Assembly (NCBI GenBank): GCA_963777315.1
Contig: CAVZQC010000004.1
Span: 384,001-448,000, forward strand
Direction: 5' to 3'
From: Vulcanimicrobiota bacterium
Lineage (GTDB): Bacteria > Vulcanimicrobiota > Vulcanimicrobiia > Vulcanimicrobiales > Vulcanimicrobiaceae
DNA length: 64,000 bases
The notes beneath the pieces were generated by a model that did no database searches, was not told where the DNA came from, and worked only from the letters and a program-made list of their open reading frames with translations. The position numbers and the translations under genes are program-made. This document shows, in pieces, positions 31,256 through 41,925 of the stretch (the stretch's first letter is position 1; each line of letters opens with the position of its first letter).

Positions 31256-32941
31256 TCAGTACGTCCTCACCTGAGGCTCCCACTTCGTAATCGTGACTTT
31301 GCGCGAATAGTCCAGTTTGGGATTGGCCCCGTCTTGGCGCCAGGCCAGAGTGTGGACGAGCCAGTTTTCGTCGTCTCGCTCGGGGAAGTCCGTGCGGGCC
31401 TGCGCCCCGCGCGATTCCTTTCGCGCTAGCGCGCCGTTGGCCACGCACATCGCCGAGTCGATGAGATAATCGGTTTCCATCGTGGCGACCAAATCGGTGT
31501 TGAACGTTTTCGACTTGTCCATGACGTAGACTTCCTCATCGAAGCGCTTGCGAATTTCCAGGAGCCGGTCGACCGCGGTCTGCAGTTGCTCTTCGTTGCG
31601 GAAGATGAAGCAGTTCTCGCTCATCACGTTTTGCATGGCCGCGCGAAGTTGCGGAGCTCGCGTGCCGCCGGACTTTGACAGCCATTTGTTAAGCCGGTCC
31701 TTTTCCCGCGACAGCGTGCGTTCCGACGGACGGACCTCGCCGACCGACTTTGTGTAGTCGAAGGCATGTCTTGCCGCGCGAGCTCCGTACACGATCGTCT
31801 CCAGCAGGGAATTGCCGCCTAAACGGTTGGCGCCGTGAACGCTGGGCGTAGCAACTTCGCCTGCGGCATAGACGCCCGGGACGCGCGTCGCGCCCCAGAT
31901 ATTCGTTTCGATGCCGCCCATCGTATAGTGCATTCCGGGCAATATCGGAACGGGTTGCTCGATGGCGTCTTTGCCCGTAGCATCCAGCGCCAGTTCGCGG
32001 ATCTGGGGCAAGCGCTCGAGGATTTTCTCGCGGCCCAAATGGCGAAGGTCCAAAAACACGCAGCCGTCCACGCCGCGTCCCTCCAGGATTTCCGTCCATT
32101 CCGCGCGGGAAACGACGTCGCGCGACGCCAGCTCGCCTTTGTTGGGAGCGTACTTGAACATGAAGCGTTCGCCGGCCGAATTGAGCAGATATGCGCCTTC
32201 GCCGCGCGCCGCCTCGGAAAGCAGCACGCCGTTCTCCTTGAGCGAGGTCGGGTGAAACTGGACGAACTCCATGTCCATGATGGGTATTCCGGCGCGGAAC
32301 GCTATTCCCAGTCCGTCGGCGGTAGAGGCGTAACCGTTGGTGGTTTTCGCGTACATGCGGCCCGTCCCGCCCGTCGCAAAGATCGTCGCCTTTGCGGTGA
32401 TGAGCTCGAGCTCACCGTTGCGCATGTTGTACGCGACCACTCCGCTGCCGACGCCGTCTTCGATGCATAGCGCGGTGCAAAAGTATTCTTCGTACACCTT
32501 GACGTTGAATCGCTCGAGCTGCTCCCAAAGCGTATGAAGGATCACCAGCCCGGTGACGTCGGCCGAGTAACAGGTGCGCGGGGCGCCCGCTCCGCCGAAG
32601 GGCCGTTGGGCAATGCGCCCGTCCGGAAGCCGCGAGAAGATGCAGCCGCGATGCTCGAGCCAAATGATCTGCCGGGGCGCATCCTCGCACATCGCTTCGA
32701 TGGCGTCTTGATCGCCCAAATAGTCCGAGCCTTTGGCCGTGTCGAATGCGTGGTTTTGGGGAGTGTCCTCTTCCCGGTTCCCCAGTGCGGCATTGATGCC
32801 GCCCTGCGCGGCGCCCGAATGGCTGCGCACCGGATGCATTTTGCTCACGATGGCGACGTCGGCACCGCGCTCGGCCGCTTCCACCGCCGCGCGCATGCCG
32901 GCTAAACCGCCACCGATGACGACGACGTCGTGCTCGATCAA
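31256..32941 (-). CDS. sdhA: succinate dehydrogenase/fumarate reductase flavoprotein subunit
   Basis: GGGLAG, RSHSGAAQGG, QFHPT, LASRDVVSR, HYTMGG, HGANRLGGNSL and ESRGA. Confidence 0.95.
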   Translation of the reverse strand: MIEHDVVVIGGGLAGMRAAVEAAERGADVAIVSKMHPVRSHSGAAQGGINAALGNREEDTPQNHAFDTAKGSDYLGDQDAIEAMCEDAPRQIIWLEHRGCIFSRLPDGRIAQRPFGGAGAPRTCYSADVTGLVILHTLWEQLERFNVKVYEEYFCTALCIEDGVGSGVVAYNMRNGELELITAKATIFATGGTGRMYAKTTNGYASTADGLGIAFRAGIPIMDMEFVQFHPTSLKENGVLLSEAARGEGAYLLNSAGERFMFKYAPNKGELASRDVVSRAEWTEILEGRGVDGCVFLDLRHLGREKILERLPQIRELALDATGKDAIEQPVPILPGMHYTMGGIETNIWGATRVPGVYAAGEVATPSVHGANRLGGNSLLETIVYGARAARHAFDYTKSVGEVRPSERTLSREKDRLNKWLSKSGGTRAPQLRAAMQNVMSENCFIFRNEEQLQTAVDRLLEIRKRFDEEVYVMDKSKTFNTDLVATMETDYLIDSAMCVANGALARKESRGAQARTDFPERDDENWLVHTLAWRQDGANPKLDYSRKVTITKWEPQVRTY

Positions 32942-33010
32942 CGTGGACCTTTCCGGGAGTAAAGCGCTTTGCTTCTTTATACTACTCCGTTTTCGGACCA
33001 CCCCACGACC

Positions 33011-34159
33011 TTAGTGGCACGCTTGGCCGCTAACCGGACCGGCGCGATCGAAGAAGCGGTAGGCGTTTTTGCCGCTTTGCTTAGCGTGATACAATGCCTC
33101 GTCCGCAGAAAAGAACAACGTCGGAGCATCCGTGCCGTCGCTCGGAAACATCGCGATGCCGATAGATGATTGCAAGCCGTTGCGCCGCAGCGACCCGACG
33201 ATGCGTTCCACCCCGCGTTCGGCTGCCGCACGGTCGCTCTTGATCATGACCACGACGAATTCGTCACCGGCGTACCGCGCTACGATGTCGCCCTTGCGCG
33301 CCGTTTTCTTGAGCACGGCGGCAAAGCGCTTGAGCGCGAGGTCGCCCAAACTGTGTCCGCCCGAGTCGTTGATCTTCTTGAGGTCGTCCAAATCCAAGAT
33401 CATGAACGCGAACGGCACGTCATAGCGTTCGGACGTATGCAGCTCGCGCTCGAGCATTTCGCTCAGCGCGCGCCGGTTCGGAATGCCGGTGAGCGAATCG
33501 GTCAGCGCCAGCCGCTGCGTTTCTTCCAGCAGGCGGCGCGTTTCTTCGTATAGTCGCGCGTTTTCCACGGCGATTGCGGCCTGCGCCGCGAAGTCGAGCA
33601 GCACGCGCAGCTGGTTCTCGGTTACGCCTTGCCCGGGCGGTTCGTCGACGTACAGCATTCCCCGCACCACGTCACGCGCGACGAGCGGCGCGATGCAATA
33701 CCAGCCGCGGGTATCCTTGAGCGGTTTGTCGGCGTCGCTCTCGTGCCCGAACGCCACTTGCTGTTCGCCGTGCGCAACGTCCTGGAGCGCGGTGTTCGGC
33801 AGATACGCAAAGGCGTCCGCGGCATGGACGACCGTGCCGGCTCCGTCGCCTTCCAAGCGGCGAATGATGTTGCGATGCTCGTCCACGTCGAACAGGATGA
33901 CGCGGTTGAACTTGAGCGCTTCGCAGACGCCCCGCAGCACCATGGAAAGAATGTCGTTGATCTCCAGCGTAGAATTGATCGTGGAGAAGACCTGCTGCAG
34001 AACGAACAATTCGGCGTTCTGCTGCGCGTAATCGTCGCGCTCTGCCTCGAGCATGGCAATGCGCGAGCGAAGGCGCTCGATCTCGTGAACGAGTTCGGCC
34101 TTCTGAGCGTTCGCGACGGTGAGGGGCTGGGCGGCCGCCTCGGACAGGTTCAAGCCCAC
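33011..34159 (-). CDS. coiled-coil/GAF/GGDEF diguanylate cyclase
   Basis: GAF domain ending AAIAVENARLY; TDSLTG, DLDDLKKIND, GHSLGD, RKGD I-site and AGDEF. Confidence 0.92.
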   Translation of the reverse strand: MGLNLSEAAAQPLTVANAQKAELVHEIERLRSRIAMLEAERDDYAQQNAELFVLQQVFSTINSTLEINDILSMVLRGVCEALKFNRVILFDVDEHRNIIRRLEGDGAGTVVHAADAFAYLPNTALQDVAHGEQQVAFGHESDADKPLKDTRGWYCIAPLVARDVVRGMLYVDEPPGQGVTENQLRVLLDFAAQAAIAVENARLYEETRRLLEETQRLALTDSLTGIPNRRALSEMLERELHTSERYDVPFAFMILDLDDLKKINDSGGHSLGDLALKRFAAVLKKTARKGDIVARYAGDEFVVVMIKSDRAAAERGVERIVGSLRRNGLQSSIGIAMFPSDGTDAPTLFFSADEALYHAKQSGKNAYRFFDRAGPVSGQACH

Positions 34160-34237
34160 ACTTACTGTAACGTCTTGCGTCGGCGTTTTCTTTAGGTAGA
34201 CACACTCTGCTCGTTAGGGGTCCTGCAAAGCCGTCCG

Positions 34238-37200
34238 GTGAGTTCGTTCGTCCATCTGCACGTCCACAGTGAATACTCGCTCCTGGATGGAGCTTGCCGC
34301 GTAGAGCGGCTGTGCCGCCGTTCGGCGGACGGCGGCGGTGCGGCGATAGGCTCTAACGGACCATGGCGTCATGTACGGCGCCATGGAATTTTACTATACC
34401 GCCAAAGATTTTCGGCTCACCCCCATCATCGGGTGCGAAGCCTACATCGCTCCGCGCGGGCGATTCGACCGTACGGTGCGCGACGAAGCGCACGTAACGC
34501 TTCTGGCCGCCGACGTCACCGGTTACAGAAATTTAACAGCCCTGGTGTCCAAAGGCTTTTTGGAGGGCTACTACTACAAGCCGCGCATCGACTTGGATTT
34601 GCTCAGCGAGCACAACGAAGGGCTCATCGTGCTTTCGGGCTGCATGTCCGGACTCGTGGCCGCGCCGCTTCTGAAAAACGACTACGAGAAATCGAAATCG
34701 GCGGCTAAAACGTACGCGGAAATCTTCGGCGACCGCTTCTACATCGAGATCATGCGCCACGGAATGCCCGAGGAAGAGATCGTCAACGCAGGCCTGATCA
34801 AGGTTGCGCGCGAGCTTTCCATTCCGCTGGTTGCAACGAACGATTCGCACTATCTCGAGCAAAAGGACGCGCCCGCGCACGATGTCCTCCTGTGCATCGG
34901 GACGGGGAAAACGGTCTCCGACACGAGCCGCATGAAGTTCTATTCGGATCAGTTTTACGTCAAGAGCGACGTCGAGATGCGCGAGCTTTGGAGCGACCTG
35001 CCCGAAGCCTGCGACAACACCGTGGAGATCGCCAAACGCATCGACATCCGCATCCCGGAAAAGATCTATCATCTGCCGGCGTTTCCCACGCCCGCGGCGC
35101 AAGACGGCCAGGAAACCTCCCCGGAAGAGTATTTGCGCGAAGTCTGCGAGCGCGGATTGGCGGAACGCTACGGCGAGCGAGCCCACGCCGACGCGGCGTT
35201 GCGCGAGCGCTTCGAGTACGAGCTCTCCGTCATCTTGAAAATGGGCTTTGCCTCGTACTTTCTGATCGTCTGGGATTTCATCAAGTATGCCAAGGACCGC
35301 GATATTCCGGTCGGGCCGGGCCGCGGTTCGGCGGTCGGATCGGTCGTGGCGTACTGCCTGAAGATCACCGACCTCGAGCCGCTCAAGCACGATCTGCTGT
35401 TCGAACGCTTTTTGAACCCGGATCGCATCTCGATGCCGGATATCGATACGGATTTCTGCGTCGAGCGGCGCGATGAGGTCATCGAATACGTAACCCAAAA
35501 GTACGGCGCCGATCGCGTGGCGCAGATCGTCACCTTCGGTACGATGGCTGCGCGGGCCGCCGTCCGCGATGCGGGCCGCGCACTGGCCGTTCCGTTGCCC
35601 GACGTGGACCGCGTAGCCAAGATGATCCCATCGGGACCGGGCGGTCTGACGATAGCGCAAGCGCTCGAACAGATTGCCGACCTCAAAGCGCTGTATTCGG
35701 CTTCGCCGGAGATACGGCGCCTGCTCGATACCGCCAAAGCCATCGAGGGACTCGCGCGCAACGCCGGCACGCACGCGGCAGGCGTGGTGATCTCCCCGGG
35801 ACCGTTGATGGAATACGCGCCGCTAGCCAAAAGCGAGTCCGGCGTCAACACGCAATACGACATGGTCTGGGCCGAGAAGATCGGGCTGCTGAAAATGGAC
35901 TTCTTGGGGCTGCGCAATCTCACCGTGATGAAGAATGCGGTGGACGAGATTCGCCGCACGACCGACCCGGATTTCGACATCGGCAAGATTCCCGACGACG
36001 ACCGGCGCACGTTCGAGATGCTTTCGCGCGGCGACACGATGGGCGTCTTCCAATTCGAATCGGAAGGTTATGCCCGCGTCTGCTCCGAGCTGCGGCCGTC
36101 GAACTTCAACGACATCATCGCGCTCGGCGCGCTCTACCGCCCGGGCCCGATGGAGTGGATCCCGCAGTACATCAGCAACAAGCACGGCAGAACCACACCC
36201 ACGTATCTGCATCCCAAGCTGGAGCCCATTCTGCGCGAGACGTACGGCATCGCGGCGTATCAGGAGCAGGTAATGCGGATGGCGCGCGAGCTCGCGGGGT
36301 TTTCGATGGGCGAAGCCGACGAGCTGCGCAAAGTCATGGGGAAAAAGCAGAAGGACAAGATTCCGATCTACCGCGAGAAATTTATCGCGGGCTGCCTCGA
36401 GCATTCCGGCGTGGACGAACAGCTGGGCGCGCGGCTCTTTGCGTTTATCGAGCCGTTCGCCGGATACGGCTTCAACAAGTCACACGCGGCTGCATACGCA
36501 TGGGTGTCGTACCAAACGGCATTCTTGAAGGCCAACCATCCGCTGCCGTATTTTTCGGCATTGATGACGTCGGTAAAGGACAGGACCGACAAACTCGTCG
36601 AGTACATCGATGAAGCCAAGAAGCTCGGCATCTCGGTGCTGCCGCCGGACGTGAACGCCTCGCTGATCGATTTTGCCGTAGTGGGCGAGCGTATCCGCTT
36701 CGGGCTGTCGGCCGTCAAAGGCGTGGGTGAAGGCGCCGTCCGCGGTATTCTTGCCGCGCGCGACGAGGGTGGCCCGTTCGAGGACCTGTTCGATCTCTGC
36801 AAACGGGTGGATCCCAAACAGGTCAACCGCCGGGTGCTGGAGGCGCTCGTCAAATGCGGAGCGCTGGACGCGCTGCCGGGCAACCGCGCGCAAAAGCTGG
36901 CGGCGCTGGATGGCGCGCTCGACATCGCTGCAGCCGAGTATCGGGATGCGCAGCTCGGTCAAGCGTCGTTGTTCGCGGATGCGCCGGCAACGGCTTTTGC
37001 GCTCAGTCCCACGTTGCCGGCGGTCGCACCGCCTACGACGATGCAAACTTTGCAGTGGGAAAAGGAAACGCTGGGAATATTCGTGTCGGGCCATCCGTTG
37101 TCGGACGTCGCCGACGCGCTTGCGCGCTCGGGCGCGCTGCCGATCAAGGACCTGCGTTCGCGCGACGAGGACAGCTTCGTTACGATCGCCGGTCTCGTGA

Positions 37201-37697
37201 ACTCCGCACGGCGTACCTTGACCAAATCCGGACAGCAGATTCTGATTGCGCAAATCGAAGACACCACGGGAGCCTGCGAGGTCGTCGTCTTTGCAAAGCT
37301 CTACCCCCAAGTGCAGAGCCTGTTCGCTCCGGACAAAATCGTCATCGTCAAGGGGCGTTTGCGAATGCGGGAACGACCCGGAATGCGGACCGCCGCCGAC
37401 GACAAAGAAAGCGAAACGCCGGTTGAACTGACGGTTGGTGCCCAGGAGGTGCTGCCGTTCGAGCGCCCTGCGTATGCGGCTCCGCCGGCCGGCTGGCACG
37501 TTGCCGTACGCAGCCGTGAAGAAATAGACCGGCTGGCGGCGATTTTGGACGAATGGCCGGGGACCGTTCCGGTCATGGCGCGCATTGGGAATCGTACGCA
37601 GCGGCTGCCTCGCGGCATTGCGGCGGATTTCCGCCTCAAAGGCGCGCTTGTGGCTGCGTTCGGGACGGACAACGTGCGCGAAGGTTTGCCGGAGTGA
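34238..37697 (+). CDS. dnaE: DNA polymerase III alpha subunit (apparent frameshift near 34348)
   Basis: FVHLHVHSEYSLLDG in ORF 34238; LTDHG and the remainder (PDIDTDF, GFNKSHA) in the ORF 34371 frame. Confidence 0.97.
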
Positions 37698-38527
37698 GCC
37701 GGCAGACCGTGGTGCAGCAACTCGCGCCACGGCCGCAGTTGGTCGCGTTCGACCTGGACGGCACGCTGCTCGGCGAAGAACTGCTGCTGCGTCCGCGCGT
37801 GCGCAGCGCCATACAGGCTATGCAAGAACGGGGCGTGCGCGGGTGCATCGTCACGGGACGAATGTACCGTTCGGCGCTGCCGTTCGTTCGGCAATTGAAA
37901 TTCGATGCTCCGGTGGTGTGCTATCAGGGTGCGGCCGTGATCGATCCGCAAACGGACGAAGTGCTTGCGGACGTGCCGCTGCCGAACGCTCAAGCGCTCG
38001 CCGTTGCGCGTTACGCCAAAGAGAACGGCCTGCACGCCCAACTGTACGCGAACGACCGCTATTACTGCGAACAGCGCACGCAGTACGCCGCGCTGTACGC
38101 CAAGATTTCGGGCGTCGAGCCGATCGTGGTGCCTTCGCTGCAGGAGCAATTTGCCGCGTGGGATGCGACCAAGGCATGCATCATCGCCGAGCCCGAGATC
38201 GTTTTGGCTCATCTCCCGCGCGTGCGGGCTCTTTGCGGCAGCGCCGCTTACGTTACCCGCAGTATTGCCTACTTTCTCGAAGTGATGAACGCTAAAGTAA
38301 ACAAAGGACGCTCGCTGGAGATCGTCGCCCGGCACTTGGGCGTATCGCTGGAGCGGGTGCTGGCTATCGGCGACTCGTGGAACGATGCACCGCTACTGGA
38401 GGCGGCGGGATTCGGCGTTGCGATGGGGTCTGCGCCGCCGGAGTTGCGGCAAGTCGCCGACGCGGTTGTGGCCGACGTCGAGAATGACGGCGTGGCAGAA
38501 GCCGTCGAACGGTTCGTGCTCGCGTGA
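37694..38527 (+). CDS. Cof-type HAD-IIB hydrolase
   Basis: DLDGTLL, TGR, NKG and GDSWND; GTGA overlap with dnaE. Confidence 0.92.
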   Translation: MSRQTVVQQLAPRPQLVAFDLDGTLLGEELLLRPRVRSAIQAMQERGVRGCIVTGRMYRSALPFVRQLKFDAPVVCYQGAAVIDPQTDEVLADVPLPNAQALAVARYAKENGLHAQLYANDRYYCEQRTQYAALYAKISGVEPIVVPSLQEQFAAWDATKACIIAEPEIVLAHLPRVRALCGSAAYVTRSIAYFLEVMNAKVNKGRSLEIVARHLGVSLERVLAIGDSWNDAPLLEAAGFGVAMGSAPPELRQVADAVVADVENDGVAEAVERFVLA

Positions 38528-39276
38528 GCTCGCGACCCAGCCGGCGAAAAGCGTCCGTCGGCCGGCGAGTGCGGCCGTTTTGGTTTGCCGTGCTGGTCAT
38601 CGCTGCGGCGGGCGCATTCGGCGGTTATTACGCCGCTCGCTGGCCGGGCTTTTACCCCAAACGGCTGATCGTTTCAGGTAACGCTATCGTACCCGCGCAA
38701 GAAATTGCGGCACGCGCCCAAATCGCAGGAAACGCAAACCTCTGGCTGCAGAACTTTAGTGCGGCGGCGAGCCGCATCGAGACGATCCCGTACGTGAAAA
38801 AGGCGACCATCACTCGGTCTGCGTCCTCGGACGTGCACATCTGGGTGACGGAGCGTACGCCGTACGCCGTGTTGCGGTATGGAAAGCGCAGCGCGGTGAT
38901 CGACCGCGACCTTCGCGTGCTCGCATGGGGCGGCGATGGGCGCCGATTGCCGCAGTTCGTTCTCGGAGCGCGCGCAATGCCCGCGCCGGGAGAATTCGTC
39001 AACGATGCTTTCGCACGGCGCCTGCGCGCGGACTACGACGCTTTGGCCAAAGCTCGCGTAAGGGTCGCATCGCTGCGCTACGACAAATTCGGCGATCTGG
39101 TTGCCGGCATGCCAAGCGGCACGCGGCTGCTATTGGGCGACGATAGCGACCTGAGCCGCAAGGTGCCGCTCATCCTTCCGATACTGTCGCAAGTGGGCGC
39201 GACCGGCAGAACGGTTGCGGCGCTGGACTTGCGTGCTCCGACGACGCCGGTGGTTCGCTACCGCGACCACCCGTAA
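38524..39276 (+). CDS. ftsQ: cell division protein FtsQ/DivIB
   Basis: Basic N-terminus, one TM helix, POTRA-like segment (VSGN...VTERTP) and C-terminal LDLR. Confidence 0.82.
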   Translation: MSSRPSRRKASVGRRVRPFWFAVLVIAAAGAFGGYYAARWPGFYPKRLIVSGNAIVPAQEIAARAQIAGNANLWLQNFSAAASRIETIPYVKKATITRSASSDVHIWVTERTPYAVLRYGKRSAVIDRDLRVLAWGGDGRRLPQFVLGARAMPAPGEFVNDAFARRLRADYDALAKARVRVASLRYDKFGDLVAGMPSGTRLLLGDDSDLSRKVPLILPILSQVGATGRTVAALDLRAPTTPVVRYRDHP

Positions 39277-39284
39277 ACCCCGGC

Positions 39285-39572
39285 CTAATGCGTGACGGCG
39301 TACACCGCGACCATTCCCTTGATCAGCGACATCTTGATCTGATCGTTGGGATGGACTTTGCTGAAATCGACGTTGGAACGATTGGTCGTGACCGTCGTTT
39401 CCACGCCGTTTTGCATTTTGATGGTGATGTGTTTGCCGTCGACGACTTTCTCGACCGTGGCGTTGTACGTCCCGTCGGGAATGAGCGAAGCATCGACGGT
39501 GTTCGCCGCCATTGCGGCCGCCGGGGCGGCAAGAGCCCCAAGGAGTGCAAGCAAGGAAAGAGTTTTACGCAC
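39285..39572 (-). CDS. small secreted protein, probable OB-fold
   Basis: GGAG SD before GTG; signal peptide ending AMA; beta-rich mature part. Confidence 0.7.
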   Translation of the reverse strand: MRKTLSLLALLGALAAPAAAMAANTVDASLIPDGTYNATVEKVVDGKHITIKMQNGVETTVTTNRSNVDFSKVHPNDQIKMSLIKGMVAVYAVTH

Positions 39573-39646
39573 GATATCTCCGTTGTCGAAATCCAATGGA
39601 ATACACCCGGGACGAAAGCAGACGCTCCACTGTGCCATTTTCTAGC

Positions 39647-41696
39647 CTATGATGATAGCGCAAGTGACCCCGGTTCTTCTAGAGCTCGCCGGCCATTTTT
39701 CGGCTCGTCGAATGACCCCGGGCCGGTCCCCCGGACTTGGAACGCCCCCACCAGGCCCTGAAGTTCCGAGGCTTGGTCCAGCACCTCGGCGGTTTGGCCG
39801 GCGACGTCCGTCACGGCCCCCGAGTTGGCGCGCCCCAGCTCGGACGTATGGCTGATGGTGTGGCTCAATGACTGCACCGCGATTTGCTGCTCCTGGCTTG
39901 CGCGGGCCACGTGGCCGGTGCGCTGCTCGATTTCCGAAACGCTCTCCAGGATTTGATTTGAGGTGATCGCCTGCTCGCGCATGGTGGCGGCGGCTTCGTG
40001 CGTCATGGCTCCCATTTGCTCGCTGGCCTTGGCGAGCTCTTCGGAGGCTCTCGCTTGTTCTGCGGTGGCGACGCTGATTTCGCCGACCAGCTGTGCCATT
40101 TCCGTTACGCGAAGGCTTATCGTTTCCACCATTTCGGTCACCGAGCGTGCCGACGTCGCGTTGTTCTGCACCAAGTTGTTCGCTCGCGCCGTGCGTTCCA
40201 GTACTGCGGTCGTTCGGCGCTGAATGTCGGCGACGAGCCGTCCGATTTGCTTGGTCGAACTGGCGGAGTTCTCGGCCAGTTTGCGGACTTCATCGGCGAC
40301 CACGGCAAAGCCGCGGCCGTGCTCGCCGGCGCGCGCGGCTTCGATCGCCGCGTTGAGCGCGAGCAGATTCGTCTGGTCCGCGATCTCTTCAATCAAGCCC
40401 AAGATCTCGCCGATTTGACGCGAGGCGTGATCCAGACTCTGCATCTCGCTTACGACGTCGGCGACGGTGTCGCTGATGCTCGACATGCCCTTGGACAGAC
40501 TGCGCGACTTCGTTGCGCCCTTCACGAACGCGCGTATCCGTGCTGGTCGATTCTTCGCGAACGCGCTGAGCGTTGCCGGCGACCTGCACGATCGAAGCCG
40601 ACATCTCTTGTGTGTTCGCGACCGCTTGTTCTACGACCGTAGCCAAGCTCAACAGATTTTGATCCATCTCCTGAATCGATGCGGTCATCTGAGCGACGGC
40701 GCTGGAGATGTCGGTCACGCGGCTTGCGACCTGCTCGGCGTTGTCCGCTACGGTGCCGGCGGTCGCGTGAACGGACGTCGAGACCTCGAGCGCCCGGCCA
40801 AGCGCCGCGAGCTCTTCGCAAACGCGGGCTTCCACTTGACGCGCCGTGTCGTTCGTATGCGAACTGGCGTTCTGCACGGTCATCACGGCGTGCTGTATGG
40901 TCGAGATGATTTCGCCTAAGCGCACGCCGAGGCGGTCCACCGCCTGGCCTAACCGTCCCAGAAGGTCGTGCCCTTCCCAGCCCACGCGCGCCGTCAGATC
41001 GCCGCGGCCCATCGCTTCGAACACGTCCAGGCACCGTTCCAATCCCTCGCGCATGGCCCGGCGAAACCAGCCCATCGCGATGAACGCGATGACTCCGGCG
41101 GTGGTCGCGCCCAGCACGAGCACGGTCAAGGCGAAATTACGCGCATGCATCAACTCGAGAAAGCGCGAATCCGAGCTGTTCTTGAGGGCTTGCAGCAGTG
41201 CGGCGCCGTCGGCGCTCTGGGCCTGATACGCACTGTACGAAGCGCCCTGAATCTGGCGCAGCGCGTCGGCCTTTTTCCCTTGCGCCAGCAGCCCGATCGC
41301 CGCGAGAGCTTGAAAATCGTAGGCGCTCGCGCTGTCCTTGAATTTGGCTACCAGCGGAGCGACGGTCGTATCTTTACTGGTGAGATCTTCCATTTTGCGC
41401 GCGTCGTCCGGAAACGCTTGCAGCATGCTCTTGGCCTGCACGAGCGACGCCGCAGCTTTGGAAGCGTCCGGGTTCGTCGCACCGTCGATCGAAACGGCGC
41501 GAAGGGTATCGGCGTCGGATGCAACCTTCACGTAAGCGAGTTCGCCGCTAATGATCGTGTCGTGCAGAACTTGGGCCTGCCGCGTAATGCCCGTCATCGC
41601 CCACATGGCAACCGGAATGATCGCAAAGACCACGAGAATCACCAGGGCAAAAGCCGAGGTGAGCCCGCGTTCCAGACTCGTGCGCCGTGCATTCAT
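39647..41696 (-). CDS. methyl-accepting chemotaxis protein (apparent frameshift near 40505)
   Basis: Two TM helices around a periplasmic domain, HAMP (GDLT), and [38 protein letters not shown]. Confidence 0.92.
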
Positions 41697-41714
41697 AACA
41701 CGTTGTATGTCGGC

Positions 41715-41861
41715 GCGGGCAGGCCAAACATTGAGTCCTTTCGGCCCACGAACAACCTCGCGGCAACGCAGGCGTTCGCACAATTTGCCTTGTGCACAGG
41801 TTGCTCGCAAGGAGACGGCGCGGGCCGGACTAATGATGCCGGAAATCTCGCCTGCACCCGC
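41715..41861 (-). ncRNA. unidentified structured RNA upstream of the MCP gene
   Basis: Four nested helices plus an apical hairpin; several G-U pairs on the minus strand become A-C on the plus strand. Confidence 0.5.
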
Positions 41862-41876
41862 TATAGCTTGTAGGGT

Positions 41877-41905
41877 TTGCCCCCTCAAGACCCAATATAT
41901 AGTAT
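41877..41905 (+). promoter_or_regulatory. putative sigma70 promoter for ftsAZ
   Basis: TTGCCC-17-TAGTAT, followed by GGAGGG SD and ATG 41926. Confidence 0.5.
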
Positions 41906-41925
41906 TGCCGGCAAACTGGAGGGCG

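Noticed and set aside
34238..34371. Programmed frameshift or split dnaE
   Set aside because: No slippery site or intein motif; one extra base explains it, and similar breaks occur throughout the window.
41715..41890. c-di-GMP-I riboswitch or hammerhead ribozyme (GGCAAA, GAAA and CTAATGA fragments)
   Set aside because: The fragments are not in the required order or context: no GAAA..GACGCAAAG architecture and no CUGAUGA-stem II-GAAA core.
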